Position numbers and translations under genes: made by a program
The notes under the pieces: generated by a model
Databases searched by the model: none
Seen by the model: only the letters and a program-made list of their open reading frames with translations
Told to the model about the DNA's origin: nothing
In this document: piece by piece, positions 62,118 through 64,000 of the stretch
Layout of the letters: each line of letters begins with the position of its first letter
Position numbering within the stretch: position 1 is the first letter of the stretch
Assembly: GCF_947568905.1 (NCBI RefSeq)
Contig: NC_079170.1
Location: 67,890,001-67,954,000, forward strand
Length of the DNA: 64,000 nt
Reading direction: 5' to 3'
Source of the DNA: Ostrea edulis
Lineage: Eukaryota

Positions 62118-62973
62118 CACAAAAACCCAACAACACCCTACTTTCTTAAAGTGTCGGATCTGAGAAGATACAAGGCCAGTAAAGAAATTTATAAAAGCAC
62201 TGAAAAGGCCACGACACTGTTGGTTATTTAAAACTCAATTTTCGACGCAACCCGCGTCTTTATCAAGAGCCATAAATTACATAAACAAATAACACACAAA
62301 AACGACAAGTATCGATAAACTACATTGGTGAGAAGAGTGATACACTATTGTACTGAGTGATAAAAATGGTGGTGGTTACGTTGTAAAGCGTGTTTACTGA
62401 CTATGGTTTAGAGAGTTTGTACCATGGTCGGGTCGGGATGAAAATAAAATTATTCTTGAAAAATTACAAAAATCAGAAAAATTTAGAGGGAAATCTTACA
62501 AAACAATGTGATTATGGAATAAAATGGTGGGAAGATAATGATATGGAGTGATTAAGTTCAAAACAATATTAGGTAGTCCGTACCATTGATGATTCGGATA
62601 TGGTGAACAGCGAAAAATAATGATTGCCAGAAGAACACGATTAAACAACAAACAAAGTCAATCAAAGGACATGATCTAGCATTAAAATCAACAATCGAAT
62701 AGGTGAATGGGAGAGAAGTCTAAGGAAAAAGATTCAATAATATTTTTATTTTTCAGGTAATATATTTTTCAAGGTCAGACAAATTGAAGCCGCATTCTAG
62801 AAATTCTGATATCCCAACATAAAGAGCTATGCGAATCCGAATTTATGTTGATTTAGAATAATGTTTTACCATAGTTTAGAGGTCTTAAGATGATATATTA
62901 ATAAAATACTAGTCTTCAAGGTCAATACATTTTTTCCCTTATTATCATCCCCCCTTTTTTATTTTAAAATTTT

Positions 62974-63026
<53 letters not shown>

Positions 63027-63780
63027 CTATAAAATTTCATAATTGTAATGATTTCTTATGATGTTCTAACATAATTAGGAAGTATTGAAGGTCAAACAAC
63101 AATCGCAATCCTGGGAATCCTCGCTATGGCTAAACAAGGAACTCAAGGTTAAATAAAGGAACTCAAGGTCAGAGCCTTGAAACCGGGGAAACGAATTGTA
63201 TTTATATTAATCAAACAAAATAAGATATCTTATCGGGTGAATTTTGGCGATTAGGCTATGGAAACTGATTTTAACTAAGGATTTATCCTGGATTCATGCG
63301 CGTGAAATCATTCCAATTATTCATTCCACCTGGACGGAATGATTTCAAACGGTGCATCCAGGATTTTTCCGTGCTCTTTCTCTCTGCATCGGTCCATAAT
63401 GGGTTATGATCAATAACAACCACTTGCATGTCTTGCCAAATGTGACCTTCTTTGTTGAAATGTTCCCCTACGGGTTCGGTCACGCGTTTGGTTTTGATGG
63501 TTGATCGGTGATTGTTGGTCCTAAGTCTGATGTTTGTAGTTTCCCCAACATATTGTTGTCCACATTGTTTACAATTGATGAGGTATATGCAGTTGTTGGT
63601 TTTACAGGAGAGTTGACCCAATATTTTATACGTTTTGCCTGTAGTGAAGCTTTGGAACGTTTCTGAATTATGGCTAAATTTGCAAAGCAAGCACTGCTTG
63701 TCAGAGCAAGTTGAAAAGCCTCCATTGGGTAGGGGGTTGTCTAATCTGGCCCTTACCACCAAATCCTTCGACAGGGTCAA
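62115..63780 (-). mobile_element. Canonical (C-terminal GIY-YIG) Penelope-like element, inverted 3' segment with 3' UTR
   Basis: DLVVRA...CSDKQCLLC...NCIYLINCKQCGQQYVGET...RTNNHR...HFN..H...W..L...GMN at 63283-63780. A hammerhead-like motif lies at about 62240. The segment ends at a (TA)n tract, and the UTR extent is approximate. Confidence 0.75.
62233..62272 (-). ncRNA. Minimal type I hammerhead-like motif (U3-A8 variant)
   Basis: GGCUC-UUGAUAAA-GACGC(GGGUU)GCGUC-GAAA-AUU-GAGUU. Stems I and II pair, but stem III is vestigial. Confidence 0.45.
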
Positions 63781-64000
63781 CAAATTAAGTCTCATTTATG
63801 CAAACGAGGTTACAAGCCGCTATCTGTCACTAATGCCATTGATGAGGTTAAAACAATCGACAGGTCTTCACTGTTGCAGTACAGGGAGAACACGAAATGC
63901 TGTAGAGTACCTCTAGTCACCACTTACCACCCTGCATTGAAGGACCTAAACAAAATCCTAAAGGATAACTTCCCGAAACTCATGGATAATCCTAGATTGG
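63781..64000 (+). mobile_element. PLE RT-thumb/linker segment running off the window, opposite strand to the adjacent endonuclease segment
   Basis: HLCKRGYKPLSVTNAI...RVPLVTTYHPALKDLNKIL... Confidence 0.75.

Noticed and set aside
60664-62163. Long F/L/S-rich ORFs
   Set aside because: Artefacts of a purine-poor tract that cannot form stop codons.

Overview
AT-rich, repeat-dense animal genomic DNA, most likely an oyster (Ostreidae). That call is inferred from Cg170-like satellite/Helentron modules, bivalve-type SINEs and Naiad-type Penelope-like elements (PLEs). The main host gene is a 5-exon + strand secreted lectin with a PAN/apple-like domain and a fibrinogen C-terminal domain (FReD), CDS 15745-55703, 315 aa when spliced, reading frame intact. 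Its fourth intron is about 32 kb. Inside it, on the - strand, lies a decayed multi-exon gene (at least 28892-48303) with clear tyrosine-recombinase motifs of Xer/phage-integrase flavour, a zinc-finger-like segment, tandemly duplicated exon-intron units and a possible PWWP-like N-terminus. The 3' end of that intron is a 43-bp VNTR made of the gene's own splice acceptor plus the first exon bases. Every upstream copy with an intact AG leads to an almost immediate stop codon. The rest of the window holds about ten 3'-coterminal Naiad-type PLE copies, a DIRS/Ngaro relic, a hAT relic, LINE 3' ends, SINEs, many MITEs and satellites, and a C-terminal-endonuclease PLE with an inversion junction and a hammerhead-like motif. 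All calls come from manual reading and translation; no database searches were run.
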